Shown in pieces: positions 18,423-28,276 of a stretch of DNA of 64,000 nt. Position numbers and translations under genes: made by a program. Source of the stretch: Patescibacteria group bacterium (GTDB taxonomy: Bacteria > Patescibacteriota > Patescibacteriia > Patescibacteriales > UBA12465); contig JBMNFV010000001.1 in NCBI GenBank assembly GCA_050949505.1, positions 445,625-509,624 on the forward strand, given 5' to 3'. The notes under the pieces were generated by a model. That model made no database searches. It had not been told where the DNA came from and saw only the letters and a list, made by a program, of their open reading frames with translations. Position 1 is the stretch's first letter. Each line of letters begins with the position of its first letter.

Positions 18423-19385
18423 ATGAGTTTGACAGCTAAAAAATTAGCCTCACTAAGGCAAACTTATTTAACAGGGAAGCAGCGCTTAGCTAAAAACAAA
18501 AAGAAAGCAGTGGTGATTACTTTAAGTAGTTTAGGGTTCCTGCTTGTCAGTTATCTCTTGTTTGCTTGGCTAAGAGTTAGTCCCTTAGCGGTAGCTTTGG
18601 CAGAACTAGAGCGTAGCTTTGCTCCGCAAATAGTTTGTCATGAGGAGTGTCTGCTTTACCGAGTGGGGCGAGAAGAACTACTGGTTAAAGCGTTAGAGCG
18701 GTCAGATCGTCAAGTCTTAACCTTGCTTTATCAAGAGTGGCACCGGGAAGACTTGTCCTTAGAGTTTAGACGAGAGCTCTTAAAGATTATGTCCTTAGGA
18801 CTAGAGGGGGCGCCTCGTTGGCTCCGGGACTACTTAAGTCTAGAGTCAGCTGACTTAGCGGTTAGTCGGGAAATTCTTAACTACTTTCCAGAGCTAGCGA
18901 AGCTCTCAGCAGAGCTTAAGCCAGCTCTAGTGGCTCGCTTGGCTAAGACGCCCAGTAGTGCTGAGAAGGTGGAGTTATTAAAGCTTTTAAGAGCCTTAGC
19001 TAATGATGCGGAAATAGAGGCCTATTTCACCGTTCTCTTAAGCAGTGATGATTTAGACTATCAACGAGAGGCGGTCAAGAATATTAGCAATATTCAAGAT
19101 AAGTTAGGCTATTTTACCGAGGAGCAGTTAGCGATTTTAAAAGAATTAATAATGGAAGAATCTCTAGCTGCTAGCTTACGTCAGGAGCTAGTCCTCCTAG
19201 TTGGTGACTACTACCTAGTCTACCCGGCCGCTAGCCTTAGCTTATGGCAAGAAGTCTATCAAGCTAAACACTTAGACAATATTAGCCGACTCTTAGCAGC
19301 TGATAGTTTAAACCTCCTACAAAAGACTAATTTAAGTCTTCCCGAGGTCTCAGCTCGGGAGTGGCAAGAGTATTATAATAATTAA
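18423..19385 (+). CDS. hypothetical membrane-anchored alpha-helical (HEAT/ARM-like) protein
   Basis: One N-terminal TM (VVITLSSLGFLLVSYLLFAWL), the remainder Leu/Ala/Glu-rich helical repeats. No motif recognised. Confidence 0.5.
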   Translation: MSLTAKKLASLRQTYLTGKQRLAKNKKKAVVITLSSLGFLLVSYLLFAWLRVSPLAVALAELERSFAPQIVCHEECLLYRVGREELLVKALERSDRQVLTLLYQEWHREDLSLEFRRELLKIMSLGLEGAPRWLRDYLSLESADLAVSREILNYFPELAKLSAELKPALVARLAKTPSSAEKVELLKLLRALANDAEIEAYFTVLLSSDDLDYQREAVKNISNIQDKLGYFTEEQLAILKELIMEESLAASLRQELVLLVGDYYLVYPAASLSLWQEVYQAKHLDNISRLLAADSLNLLQKTNLSLPEVSAREWQEYYNN

Positions 19386-19397
19386 GTTTATCAATCT

Positions 19398-22300
19398 ATG
19401 CGCTATTTTAAATTATTAAGTTTAGGGGGGCTAATCCTTTTTGGTCTCCTCTTAGGAGCAGTCCGTCCTTGTTGGGCCCTGCCTCCTGGGGCGCTGCTGT
19501 ACCGAACCTCTAGTGAGGGGAAAATGTTTGGCTATAGTGGTGACCCCTTAACGGTATCTGAGCAAGGGGTTTTGCGGGGGATCTATCCCGGTCACGTGGG
19601 AATTTATGTTGGTCAGGAAAATGGTGTTCATTATGTAGTGGAAGCCTTAGCGGAAGGGATAGTGAAAAAGCCAGCCGAACAATTTGTTAATACCGCCTTA
19701 GGGGAGAAATATTTAGGGGCTAAAATTCCTCGGAACTTAAGCGCGGTTCAACAAGCGAAGGTGGTGGCTTTAGCTAAAAACTTAGCCAGTCAGGGCTATG
19801 CTTATGACTTTGATTTTAAGAAACAAAAGGGAGCAGGCAGTGGTAACTGGACCTGTGTGGGTTTAGTGGAGAAGATTTATGAAAGTGCTAATTTGCTTAA
19901 CCCTAATAACTTAGCGGGCTTGGAATATAATTGGAGTGATTATGCGATTAATATCACTCCCGATGGTTTAGATAATTATAGTCCTAGTAATAGTCAGGGG
20001 GACCATTTCTCCGCTGATTGGGAGTTTTCTAAGATTGCTCGGCGAACTGACCTATTGCTACCCGCTCCAGAGTTAATTGGCTACAATTTAGGCTACGAAC
20101 AGGGCGGGGATCGCTATATCTTCTTGCCCTATACTCAATACCTCCAAGAGGGCCTAATGGAGCTAGACACGGATATAGTGGTTAGTTCTGCCTTTGTAGA
20201 CTCCGAGATCAGAGGGTCGGTAAATAATCTCTCCCTATTAGTTCGTTGGAGCCTAATTAATAATCCCTTATCATCACTTAAAACTATTGCCGGACAAGTT
20301 AGTGATAAGGTCTTAGCTCTAGCTCACCGACTCTTTAAGGGCTCGGGAGATAATACTGACTTAGATATTTGGTTAACAGAGCTAGCCGAAGATAGTGCGC
20401 CGGGAGTGATGACCCTTGCTAAAGTGGGGGCTAGTATTAATAAAAATACCCAGGCTACAGAGGCGACTAAGGCTAATGAGACTAAGGGTAGTCAGGGGGC
20501 GACGGTAACTAGCAATCCCTCCATACTAGCAACTATTAACGAGCAGCTCAGCCAAGAGCTAGCGGCCGCTATTAATTTCCCTAGTTCAGGGATTAATGCC
20601 TCTTGGCAGGCCCCCGACTCTAAAATAGACACTACTCTAGGAAGCTTTGTGGATAATGCCGTCTATACGGCGGGAGAAAAAGAGGGGCCAGCCCTAGAGG
20701 GCTTAGCGACCATTAATCTAATTTACAGCACCGCTGGCAATCAATTGGTAGAGCTATATAATCCTAGTAGTTATGACTTAGACTTAGCTCAGGCTGGTTA
20801 TCGTTTAGAGCGCACTAAAACCGCGGAAGACCCGGGGATAGCTATCCGAATTGGGAACGAGGCTGATGGGCGCTATCCGGGAGGGACAGTGATCGGGGCG
20901 CATAGTACTTATCTCATTGTTAAGGAAGGAGCCAGTGACTATTTCCTTTCCCGAGCCGATGCCATTGCTAGTCGTCAAGAGTTTGCTTGGACTGGTAATG
21001 GCTATACCCTGTATTTAGGCAAGGGAGCGATTAGTTCTAGTCAGGATCCGGATATAGTGGAGGCGGTTGGCCTAGGAGCTAAGGCTAGTTATTATCAAGG
21101 CCAGGCTCCTGCTCAAGAAATTCCGGATAATTATCTGCTTAAAAGAATTGCGAGTACGGGGAATAATAATCTAGACTTTTCTCTAGTTCGTTCCCCGGAC
21201 CCCAATATTAATTGGGGTGGGGAAAAAATTGAAGACCCGCCCCCAGAAGTTAAGCCGCCAGTAGTGGAGATAAATAATCAAGACGAAGGAGACCCTTCTT
21301 TGGTAGATGAAGAAGACCTTGAGCCTGAGCCAGACCCTAGCGAAGTGGATGATGACCCTGAAGAAGAGGCGGCGGGTAGTCAGGCTTACGCAGTGATTAG
21401 TCGGGTTTATAAGACGGGAAACAATCGCTTTATTGAGCTCTATAATCCCAGTGAAGAGGACCTAGACTTAAGAGCCGCTAATTATCGGCTACATAAAACT
21501 TATCAGTCAGCCACTCCTAGTATTCTAGTGCGTTTAGGAGAGGAGGCTGATTTAGTCTATACAACGGGGGAGGCGATTATTAGGGCGGGGGACTACTTTA
21601 TGTTAGTAGCGGCTGGCAGTGATGACTATTATTTAGAGCAAGCTGATGCGATAGTTGAGCGAGACTTTACTTGGACCAATGACCAGCAAACTTTCTTCCT
21701 CGGTCAAGGACCAATTAGTTCACCCACGGATGAAGATATTTTAGAAGTCTTAGGCTTTGGCACGGCTAGCTATTGGGGTGGGGAGGCGCCGGCTCCCGCA
21801 CTAGCAAAAAACTATTATCTTCAGCGAGTGGGGTATAGTGGCCATAATAATCAGGACTTTATCTTAGTGCCCTCAGATGACCCTAGTCTAGATTGGAGAG
21901 AGTTAGATGGAGAATTATTAGTACTAGATAGTAGTTCTAACTTTCGTTATCAATTCTACACTCAAGACTATGACCTTTATCCTGACCCAGAACCAGTGGT
22001 TAGTGAGAGTTTACGCTATCTGTGGCACTTAGATGACGGGGAAGGAGAGCTAATCTCTCCAGCTTCAGGAGATAGTGAATTAAGTGCTTGGGGAGCCTGG
22101 CTGCCCGGTAAATTTGGCAATGCTAAATTTAATGGTTATCAGGTTGGTGGTTTTCAGGGACAGTTAGTTGAGCCAGTTAATGCTAATAATTTCTCCTTAA
22201 GTTTTTGGTATCGTAAGGGGGGCGATAAGTATTCACGGTTAGAATTTAGCTTGCTAGGTGATGATACTCAGATCAGTCTAGAGATTACTAACGATCTTTT

Positions 22301-23225
22301 AGTGATTGGTGGTTTATCCAGTCCAGTTTCTAGGCAGGGACTAGACTTTCCCTTTGACGAGGAGTGGCGCCAGTTTATGCTGGTAGTTAATCGTGAGGGT
22401 GGCTATTGGGGTATTTATGTTGATGGTCAGCTAATTTATGGAGTGGAGACTATCAAGCTGATGGGTAATTTTAACTACCTAAATTTTGGGGGCAATAATT
22501 TTGACTATGGTTTAGATGAACTAGCTATTTGGGATAGGTCATTATCAGCCGCTGAGGTCTTAGCGCTAAGGGAGGCTGAGCAACCCTTAGCCCCCCTTAG
22601 CCCTCGCCCCAGTCAAGCTAAGGCGGTGATGAAGTATTTTTGGGACTTTAATGGTGGCCTGGGACAAACTGGACTAGACCTAGTTCAAGGAGCCGTTTTA
22701 GAGCTCTCAGAATATCAATGGCAAAATACCGGCTCTAATGAGGCCCACTTGTCCTTAAGTTATCCCGCTCAGGTAGGGGCTGATTTGGAACTAGCCGACC
22801 TATTAGACTTTTCTCTAAGTTTTCGTTGGCGAGTGCCAGGACCAGATAAAGATAACCGCGTGGCCATTACTTTAGGAAATGAGGAGCGAGAGTCAGTTAT
22901 TAGGCTAACCACTAGTCAAACTAGGCCTAGTTTTCAAGTGGAAAATATTGGCGCTAACCTAAACCTACTACCAGAAGCAGCGCAGTATCGGGATGATGAC
23001 TGGCATAGTCTAGTGCTTGCTTATGATAGTTACCGACAACAGGTTTTCTATTACCTAGATGGTCAGTTAGCTGGTTGGGCGCAGGCGCCGCGGGCTTGGC
23101 GCCAATTATCCTTAAGTCAATTGAAGATCTATGCGGAGAACTGGGGAACTGATTTAGATGACCTAGCTATTTGGCAGGGAACCCTTAGTTTAAGGCAAGC
23201 GCAGCGAATTGCCCAGCAGCCATAA
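19398..23225 (+). CDS. giant secreted multidomain protein: N-terminal permuted NlpC/P60-like domain, 2x lamin-tail domain (LTD), 2x LamG/concanavalin-like domain
   Basis: Signal peptide. His-before-Cys arrangement (GHVGIYVG...NWTCVGLVEKIYESAN) as in permuted NlpC/P60 (YaeF/YiiX/LRAT-like). Two LTD signatures (NQLVELYNPSSYDLDLAQAGYRL; NNRFIELYNPSEEDLDLRAANYRL). Two LamG-type C-terminal motifs (LDELAIWDRSLSAAEVLAL; DLDDLAIWQGTLSLRQAQRI). Confidence 0.6.
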   Translation: MRYFKLLSLGGLILFGLLLGAVRPCWALPPGALLYRTSSEGKMFGYSGDPLTVSEQGVLRGIYPGHVGIYVGQENGVHYVVEALAEGIVKKPAEQFVNTALGEKYLGAKIPRNLSAVQQAKVVALAKNLASQGYAYDFDFKKQKGAGSGNWTCVGLVEKIYESANLLNPNNLAGLEYNWSDYAINITPDGLDNYSPSNSQGDHFSADWEFSKIARRTDLLLPAPELIGYNLGYEQGGDRYIFLPYTQYLQEGLMELDTDIVVSSAFVDSEIRGSVNNLSLLVRWSLINNPLSSLKTIAGQVSDKVLALAHRLFKGSGDNTDLDIWLTELAEDSAPGVMTLAKVGASINKNTQATEATKANETKGSQGATVTSNPSILATINEQLSQELAAAINFPSSGINASWQAPDSKIDTTLGSFVDNAVYTAGEKEGPALEGLATINLIYSTAGNQLVELYNPSSYDLDLAQAGYRLERTKTAEDPGIAIRIGNEADGRYPGGTVIGAHSTYLIVKEGASDYFLSRADAIASRQEFAWTGNGYTLYLGKGAISSSQDPDIVEAVGLGAKASYYQGQAPAQEIPDNYLLKRIASTGNNNLDFSLVRSPDPNINWGGEKIEDPPPEVKPPVVEINNQDEGDPSLVDEEDLEPEPDPSEVDDDPEEEAAGSQAYAVISRVYKTGNNRFIELYNPSEEDLDLRAANYRLHKTYQSATPSILVRLGEEADLVYTTGEAIIRAGDYFMLVAAGSDDYYLEQADAIVERDFTWTNDQQTFFLGQGPISSPTDEDILEVLGFGTASYWGGEAPAPALAKNYYLQRVGYSGHNNQDFILVPSDDPSLDWRELDGELLVLDSSSNFRYQFYTQDYDLYPDPEPVVSESLRYLWHLDDGEGELISPASGDSELSAWGAWLPGKFGNAKFNGYQVGGFQGQLVEPVNANNFSLSFWYRKGGDKYSRLEFSLLGDDTQISLEITNDLLVIGGLSSPVSRQGLDFPFDEEWRQFMLVVNREGGYWGIYVDGQLIYGVETIKLMGNFNYLNFGGNNFDYGLDELAIWDRSLSAAEVLALREAEQPLAPLSPRPSQAKAVMKYFWDFNGGLGQTGLDLVQGAVLELSEYQWQNTGSNEAHLSLSYPAQVGADLELADLLDFSLSFRWRVPGPDKDNRVAITLGNEERESVIRLTTSQTRPSFQVENIGANLNLLPEAAQYRDDDWHSLVLAYDSYRQQVFYYLDGQLAGWAQAPRAWRQLSLSQLKIYAENWGTDLDDLAIWQGTLSLRQAQRIAQQP

Positions 23226-23248
23226 TTTAGCTAATGATACCAGAAAAA

Positions 23249-23272
23249 AGCCATCAATTGATGGCTTTTTGC
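23249..23272 (+). terminator. rho-independent terminator after the giant gene
   Basis: agccatcaa-ttgatggct perfect hairpin followed by TTTTT. Confidence 0.6.
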
Positions 23273-23273
23273 T

Positions 23274-23302
23274 TGATTAATTTTAATATTTCTTGTATTC
23301 TA
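23274..23302 (+). promoter_or_regulatory. candidate promoter of rnpB (TTGATT-16/17-TATTCT)
   Basis: -35 TTGATT 23274-23279 and -10 TATTCT 23296-23301, placing a TSS near 23307, the inferred 5' end of the RNase P RNA P1 helix. Confidence 0.35.
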
Positions 23303-23304
23303 AA

Positions 23305-23680
23305 GGTGTTACCAAGGTCAGTGGGCAATCGCTCTGCCTAGCAGAGAGGAAAGTCCGGACTTCAGGTTTATTTAAACCAACTTAATCGTGGGTAATGCCC
23401 ACCCGCCGAGGATCTTAGTTTCTCGGTGAGGGACAGTGCCACAGAGACAATACTAGCCTTAGTGATAAGGCGAAAGGTGAAAAGAGATGGGGTGCTAATT
23501 AGCTACCGATCTCCAGCTCCGGTGACGGAGACTGGTGGTAAACCCGATTAGAAGCAAGAGTAAATTTTTATTGCTCGTCAATAAAAAGCCAAGTAACTCG
23601 CTTGAGCTTATTAGTAATAATAAGCCTTAGATAAATGATTGCTAGAACAGAATCCGGCTTACGGCTACCGTGGTAACAAA
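23305..23680 (+). ncRNA. rnpB: RNase P RNA, bacterial type A
   Basis: Universally conserved P4 strands GGAAAGTCCGGACT and ACAGAATCCGGCTTA, GGGTAATGCCCACC, GGACAGTGCCACAGAGA, AAGGCGAAAGGTGAAA, GGTAAACCC. P1 pairing of 23307-23314 (tgttacca) with 23671-23678 (tggtaaca). Confidence 0.85.
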
Positions 23681-23695
23681 TAACTAATAATTATT

Positions 23696-25111
23696 ATGAA
23701 AAAAATAGAAGCCTTTTTTTCCGTTTTTTTAATTCCTTTAGACTTTGTCGTTATTTTCCTAGCGGGTCTCTCTGCCTACCACTTACGTTTTTCTAGTTGG
23801 TGGCAGGGCTTAAGGCCAGTAGTATTTGATTTGCCGTTAAAGGAATATCTTTGGTCATTAGCCCTAATTGCTATCCTGTGGCTAATTATTTTTGCTTTAA
23901 CTGGTCTGTATAGTATTCGGGGGGCCAGACGGTTAGCGAAAGAGGTTAATAAGATCTTTTTAGCCTGTTTAGCTGGCTTATCGTTAATAGCAATTATTAT
24001 CTTTTTTAGGCGGGATTTGTTTGACTCCCGCTTTATCGTCTTAACGGGAACCGTCTTAGCCTTTTTTTATCTGATTATTGCCCATGCCTTTGTGCGCTGG
24101 TTGCAGCGATACTTATATCGTTATGGCCTAGGAGTGCATAAGGTTATTTTAGTTGGCGACTCTAAGACAACCGATAATTTAGTGAGCGAGTTCTCAGCTA
24201 ATAAAAAGCTGGGCTATGAGGTGATTAAGCGGGTGCGTAATTTTTCCTTGGAAACCGCTAAAGACTTAGCCGAGTTAATTAGTCAGCGAGAAGTTGATGA
24301 AATTATTCACTGTGACCCTAATTTAAGCAAGGCGGAGTCTTTACGTCTCTATGACTTTGCTAATGACCATCACCTAATTTATCGTTACGTGGCTGACTTA
24401 TTAGAAGTTAAGGTGTTAAGAACGGAGGTTAGTGAGCTACTGGGGATTCCGATTGTGGAAGTGAAGCGCACTACCTTAGATGGTTGGGGGCGAGTGTTTA
24501 AACGGCTCTTTGATATTATTGTCTCCGCTTTATTAATTATCATTTTATCACCCATTTTAATTCTGACCGCTCTGCTAATCGTCTTAGACTCACGAGGGCC
24601 AGTCTTCTTTTCTCAACGTGATGACGGGACCCCCGTTTACCGAGTGGGAGAAGGCGGGAAGCCGTTTAAGTATTTAAAGTTTCGTTCCATGATTCCTAAT
24701 TCTGATAGTTTGCGCTATACAGAGCTAGCTGACCAGAATTTACGTAGTGAGGGCCCCTTGGTGAAGATTAAAGATGACCCCCGGGTAACGAGAGTGGGGA
24801 ACTTTATTCGTCGCTGGTCCATAGATGAATTACCCGAGCTATTTTTAGTATTTATTGGCCACATGAGCCTAGTGGGACCACGACCCCACCTACCAGAAGA
24901 GGTGGCTAAATATGAGAATCATCATCGTAAGCTACTTACTATCAAACCAGGTATTACTGGCCTAGCCCAGGTATCAGGACGCAGTGACTTGCTATTTGAA
25001 GAAGAGGCTAAGCTAGATATTTATTATATTGAAAACTGGTCACTAATGTTAGATTTATCCATTTTATTTAAAACACCCTTAGCGGTAGTTAAACACCGGG
25101 AAGCGGAATAA
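23696..25111 (+). CDS. undecaprenyl-phosphate sugar phosphotransferase (WbaP/Bac_transf family, initiating enzyme)
   Basis: N-terminal TM bundle plus CoA-binding-like region. C-terminal SLVGPRPHLPEEVAKYENHHRKLLTIKPGITGLAQVSGR is the Bac_transf signature. Confidence 0.85.
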   Translation: MKKIEAFFSVFLIPLDFVVIFLAGLSAYHLRFSSWWQGLRPVVFDLPLKEYLWSLALIAILWLIIFALTGLYSIRGARRLAKEVNKIFLACLAGLSLIAIIIFFRRDLFDSRFIVLTGTVLAFFYLIIAHAFVRWLQRYLYRYGLGVHKVILVGDSKTTDNLVSEFSANKKLGYEVIKRVRNFSLETAKDLAELISQREVDEIIHCDPNLSKAESLRLYDFANDHHLIYRYVADLLEVKVLRTEVSELLGIPIVEVKRTTLDGWGRVFKRLFDIIVSALLIIILSPILILTALLIVLDSRGPVFFSQRDDGTPVYRVGEGGKPFKYLKFRSMIPNSDSLRYTELADQNLRSEGPLVKIKDDPRVTRVGNFIRRWSIDELPELFLVFIGHMSLVGPRPHLPEEVAKYENHHRKLLTIKPGITGLAQVSGRSDLLFEEEAKLDIYYIENWSLMLDLSILFKTPLAVVKHREAE

Positions 25112-25114
25112 TTT

Positions 25115-26248
25115 ATGAAAGTTGCTTTAATCCACGATCATTTAGCTCAAGATGGGGGCGCTGAAAAAGTGCTACAGGTTTTTGCGGGAATGTTTAAGGA
25201 GGCCCCGATTTATACCTTGTTATATGACAAGCATAAGCAGGATCAATATTACCAAGATCGGCAGATAGAGGTCTCCGTTATTCAAAAGCTACCTGGAGGA
25301 GTGAGGCATTATCAGTGGTATCTACCACTAATGCCTTTGGCGGTAGAGTTTTATGACTTAAGTCCCTATGACTTAGTCTTGTCAGATACTAGCTCTTTTG
25401 CTAAAGGAGTAATTACCAAGCCAGAGACCCTACATATCTGCTATTGCCACACCCCCACTAGATTTCTGTGGAGTGATGCTCATCAATACCTTAATGAACT
25501 TAAGTATAATAAGTGGTTAAAGAAAATTATCTCTTTGGCACTTAGTCGGATTAGACTCTGGGATCGCTTAGCGGCTGATCGAGTAGATTTGTTTATCGCC
25601 AACTCCAAAACTGTTCAAGCCCGAATCAAGAAATATTATCGTCGTGAGTCAGTAGTTATTTACCCACCAGTGGAAACTGATAAGTTTGAGATAAGTTATC
25701 AGGCCGATAGAGCGGCCTCTGAGAAATATTTTTTAGCGGGCTGTCGCTTAGCGCCCTATAAACGAATAGATTTAATTATTGAGGCCTTTAAAGAGCTCGG
25801 TCCTGACTATCGTCTGCGGATCTTTGGAGACGGGGTAGACCTTAAACGCTTAAAGAAGTTAGCTCGGGGGAGGGAGAATATTGAATTCTTAGGGCGAGTG
25901 ACTGAGGAAGAAAAGATTAAGCTATTTGCCCAAGCTGAGGCTTTTATTAATCCGCAAGAAGAAGACTTTGGAATTACCGTAGTAGAGTCAATGGCGGCGG
26001 GCCGACCAGTGATTGCCTTAGCAGCTGGCGGAGCCTTAGAAACCGTGGTGGCAGGAAAAACAGGACTATTTTTTACCAAACAGACAGCGGCAAGTTTAGC
26101 TGAGGCCATTAGAGGCTTTAAAGCCTCAGACTTTGATCCAGTGGAGATTAGGGCTTGGGCGGAAAAGTTTTCGGTAGCTAATTTCACGCAACAGATTAGA
26201 GACTTTATTAATAAGCATTATTCTCAGCCTCCTAGTCGTTTAACTTAA
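25115..26248 (+). CDS. glycosyltransferase family 4 (GT-B, group 1)
   Basis: EDFGITVVESMAAGRPVIA... motif typical of GT4 retaining transferases. Confidence 0.8.
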   Translation: MKVALIHDHLAQDGGAEKVLQVFAGMFKEAPIYTLLYDKHKQDQYYQDRQIEVSVIQKLPGGVRHYQWYLPLMPLAVEFYDLSPYDLVLSDTSSFAKGVITKPETLHICYCHTPTRFLWSDAHQYLNELKYNKWLKKIISLALSRIRLWDRLAADRVDLFIANSKTVQARIKKYYRRESVVIYPPVETDKFEISYQADRAASEKYFLAGCRLAPYKRIDLIIEAFKELGPDYRLRIFGDGVDLKRLKKLARGRENIEFLGRVTEEEKIKLFAQAEAFINPQEEDFGITVVESMAAGRPVIALAAGGALETVVAGKTGLFFTKQTAASLAEAIRGFKASDFDPVEIRAWAEKFSVANFTQQIRDFINKHYSQPPSRLT

Positions 26249-26252
26249 ATTT

Positions 26253-27407
26253 ATGTCTATCAAATTAGGCGTGGATATCCGAGTCTTAATGGACCAGCAG
26301 TATAGCGGTATCGCTTGGTATACCGCTAATTTATTATCCCCCCTACTAGAGTCAGAGGAGTTTGTCTATCGCTTGTACTATAATGCCTGGCGAGCTAAGC
26401 CGCAGTTAGCTAAGTGGTCTAAGGACGGAGTTCAGTTAATAGCTACTAGATACCCTAACAAGCTATTTAACTATTGCCTGCAAACTATTTTTCGCTATCC
26501 TAAAATAGATCAGACCTTAGGCGGAGTGGATGTTTTTTGGTCACCCCATTTTAACTTTACTAGTCTGAGTAAAAGGGTAAAGCAAGTGATCACCGTCCAT
26601 GACTTATCATTTCTGCGCTATCCAGAATTCTTTAGTGGGCGGAAAAACTTTTGGCACCGAGCCCTTCAAGTGAAGACTGTCTTAAACCAAGCTAGACAAA
26701 TAGTGGCGGTGTCTAATAATACCAAGCAGGATTTAATTGAATTATTAGATATTCCAGCTGATAAGATTACCGTTATTTATTCAGGTTTAAATTTACCGAC
26801 CCTTAAGCCAAAGGTAACGGAGAGTCAAGAATTTCTAGCTAAGTGGCAACTTAAACCTCACTATTTTCTATATTTAGGCAATATTGAGCCTCGCAAGAAC
26901 CTCGTTAACCTGATCCTCGCCTACAATCAGTGGCAAGACAGTTTAAATGGCCAAGGAGAAGCCTATCTAGTGCTAGCTGGTGGACGGGGCTGGAAAACCA
27001 GAAAGATCTATCAATTAGCGAAACGCTCTCCCTACCGGGAAAAGATTATCTTCTTAGGTTATGTTAGTGAACGAGAAAAAGAGATTCTTTATGAGCAAGC
27101 CCTAGCCTTAGTCTATCCTTCGCTTTATGAGGGCTTTGGTTTTCCGCCACTAGAAGCCCTGGCCCGAGGAGTGCCAGTAATTTGCTCTAATGTTTCTAGC
27201 CTGCCAGAAGTGGTAGGGAGCAGTGCTTATTTAATAGACCCACTAAACGTTAACGATCTAGCTAGAGGACTAGAACGACTAGCCAAAGACCAGAGCCTAA
27301 GAGAATATTTAATAAAGCAGGGAAGAAAGCGTAGCCAATTATTCTCCTGGGACAAAGCCGCAGCAGAATACTTAGAGCTATTTAAGCGCTTAGCGCTAGA
27401 GAAATAG
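26253..27407 (+). CDS. glycosyltransferase family 4 (GT-B, group 1)
   Basis: YEGFGFPPLEALARGVPVICSNVSSLPEVVG is the GT4 signature. Confidence 0.8.
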   Translation: MSIKLGVDIRVLMDQQYSGIAWYTANLLSPLLESEEFVYRLYYNAWRAKPQLAKWSKDGVQLIATRYPNKLFNYCLQTIFRYPKIDQTLGGVDVFWSPHFNFTSLSKRVKQVITVHDLSFLRYPEFFSGRKNFWHRALQVKTVLNQARQIVAVSNNTKQDLIELLDIPADKITVIYSGLNLPTLKPKVTESQEFLAKWQLKPHYFLYLGNIEPRKNLVNLILAYNQWQDSLNGQGEAYLVLAGGRGWKTRKIYQLAKRSPYREKIIFLGYVSEREKEILYEQALALVYPSLYEGFGFPPLEALARGVPVICSNVSSLPEVVGSSAYLIDPLNVNDLARGLERLAKDQSLREYLIKQGRKRSQLFSWDKAAAEYLELFKRLALEK

Positions 27408-27487
27408 CTTGCTAAGAGTTTTTAAAAGTTGACTTTTTATGAAAAAAGCTATCCATTAGGATAGCTTGGTTATTTTTAGGAACTAGC

Positions 27488-27907
27488 TTATTGTTTTTTA
27501 GAAAAAACTCTAAACAATAGGCCAGCTCCAATTATTGCGATATAGACAATCCCAGTAATCACTGAGATTTCAACAATTGATTGTTCTCCTCCTGGGAGAA
27601 AATCAAAAATAAAGTTAACGGCGTTTACAGCAGTATAATTTACTGCCATAAAAGTAGGGTACAATATTAGTTTCATCCAGGGGGATGATTTAATCAATCC
27701 AGCTGGTAGGGAAAACTGGACAATTAATACTATTAATAAAAATAGTATTACTCCTACCATCATCACCACATCCAATGCCCGATTTGAGCATCCATGGAAA
27801 TGAAGATTAATTAACCCCGAGAATACGGCTATAAGCAGGCCGGCAAAGCACACTATTCCCGCTATCGGGAATATGTAATCTAATAATATCATTTCACTTT
27901 TTCTCAT
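27488..27907 (-). CDS. hypothetical polytopic membrane protein
   Basis: 139 aa with 4 predicted TM helices and no recognised motif. Confidence 0.5.
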   Translation of the reverse strand: MRKSEMILLDYIFPIAGIVCFAGLLIAVFSGLINLHFHGCSNRALDVVMMVGVILFLLIVLIVQFSLPAGLIKSSPWMKLILYPTFMAVNYTAVNAVNFIFDFLPGGEQSIVEISVITGIVYIAIIGAGLLFRVFSKKQ

Positions 27908-28060
27908 CTCTATAAAATTTTGATTGTTAATGTTCTTAAACTATGAAACTATTATATCATATTTATATTGATTTGTCAATATTACAAAACTACAATCCAT
28001 TTCTATTTCAACTCCTTTAGAATTCTTTTTTTTAATCTAAGTGGTCAAATCTAGCTAGTA

Positions 28061-28100
28061 GTTAAAAACAAAACAACCAATTAAGGATTGGTTGTTTTTT
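28061..28100 (-). terminator. terminator downstream of tRNA-Leu
   Basis: acaaccaat-taagg-attggttgt perfect 9-bp stem flanked by T/A runs on both strands. It abuts the tRNA 3' end. Confidence 0.5.
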
Positions 28101-28102
28101 AG

Positions 28103-28186
28103 TGCCGCGAGAGGGACTCGAACCCTCACAGAGTTGCCTCCGCATGATTTTGAGTCATGTGCGTCTACCAGTTCCGCCACCGCGGC
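28103..28186 (-). tRNA. tRNA-Leu (anticodon CAA), type II with long variable arm
   Basis: Reverse complement GCCGCGGTGGCGGAACTGGTAGACGCACATGACTCAAAATCATGCGGAGGCAACTCTGTGAGGGTTCGAGTCCCTCTCGCGGCA. 7-bp acceptor stem, anticodon loop CTCAAAA, TTCGAGT T-loop, discriminator A, no encoded CCA. Confidence 0.85.
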
Positions 28187-28276
28187 TAATTAGTTTTCCT
28201 GAAGCTTAGTATAATCAATATAAGGATAATTGTCAAAGGAGATTTTTTAAGATATAATAAGAATTAGTTAGAATTT

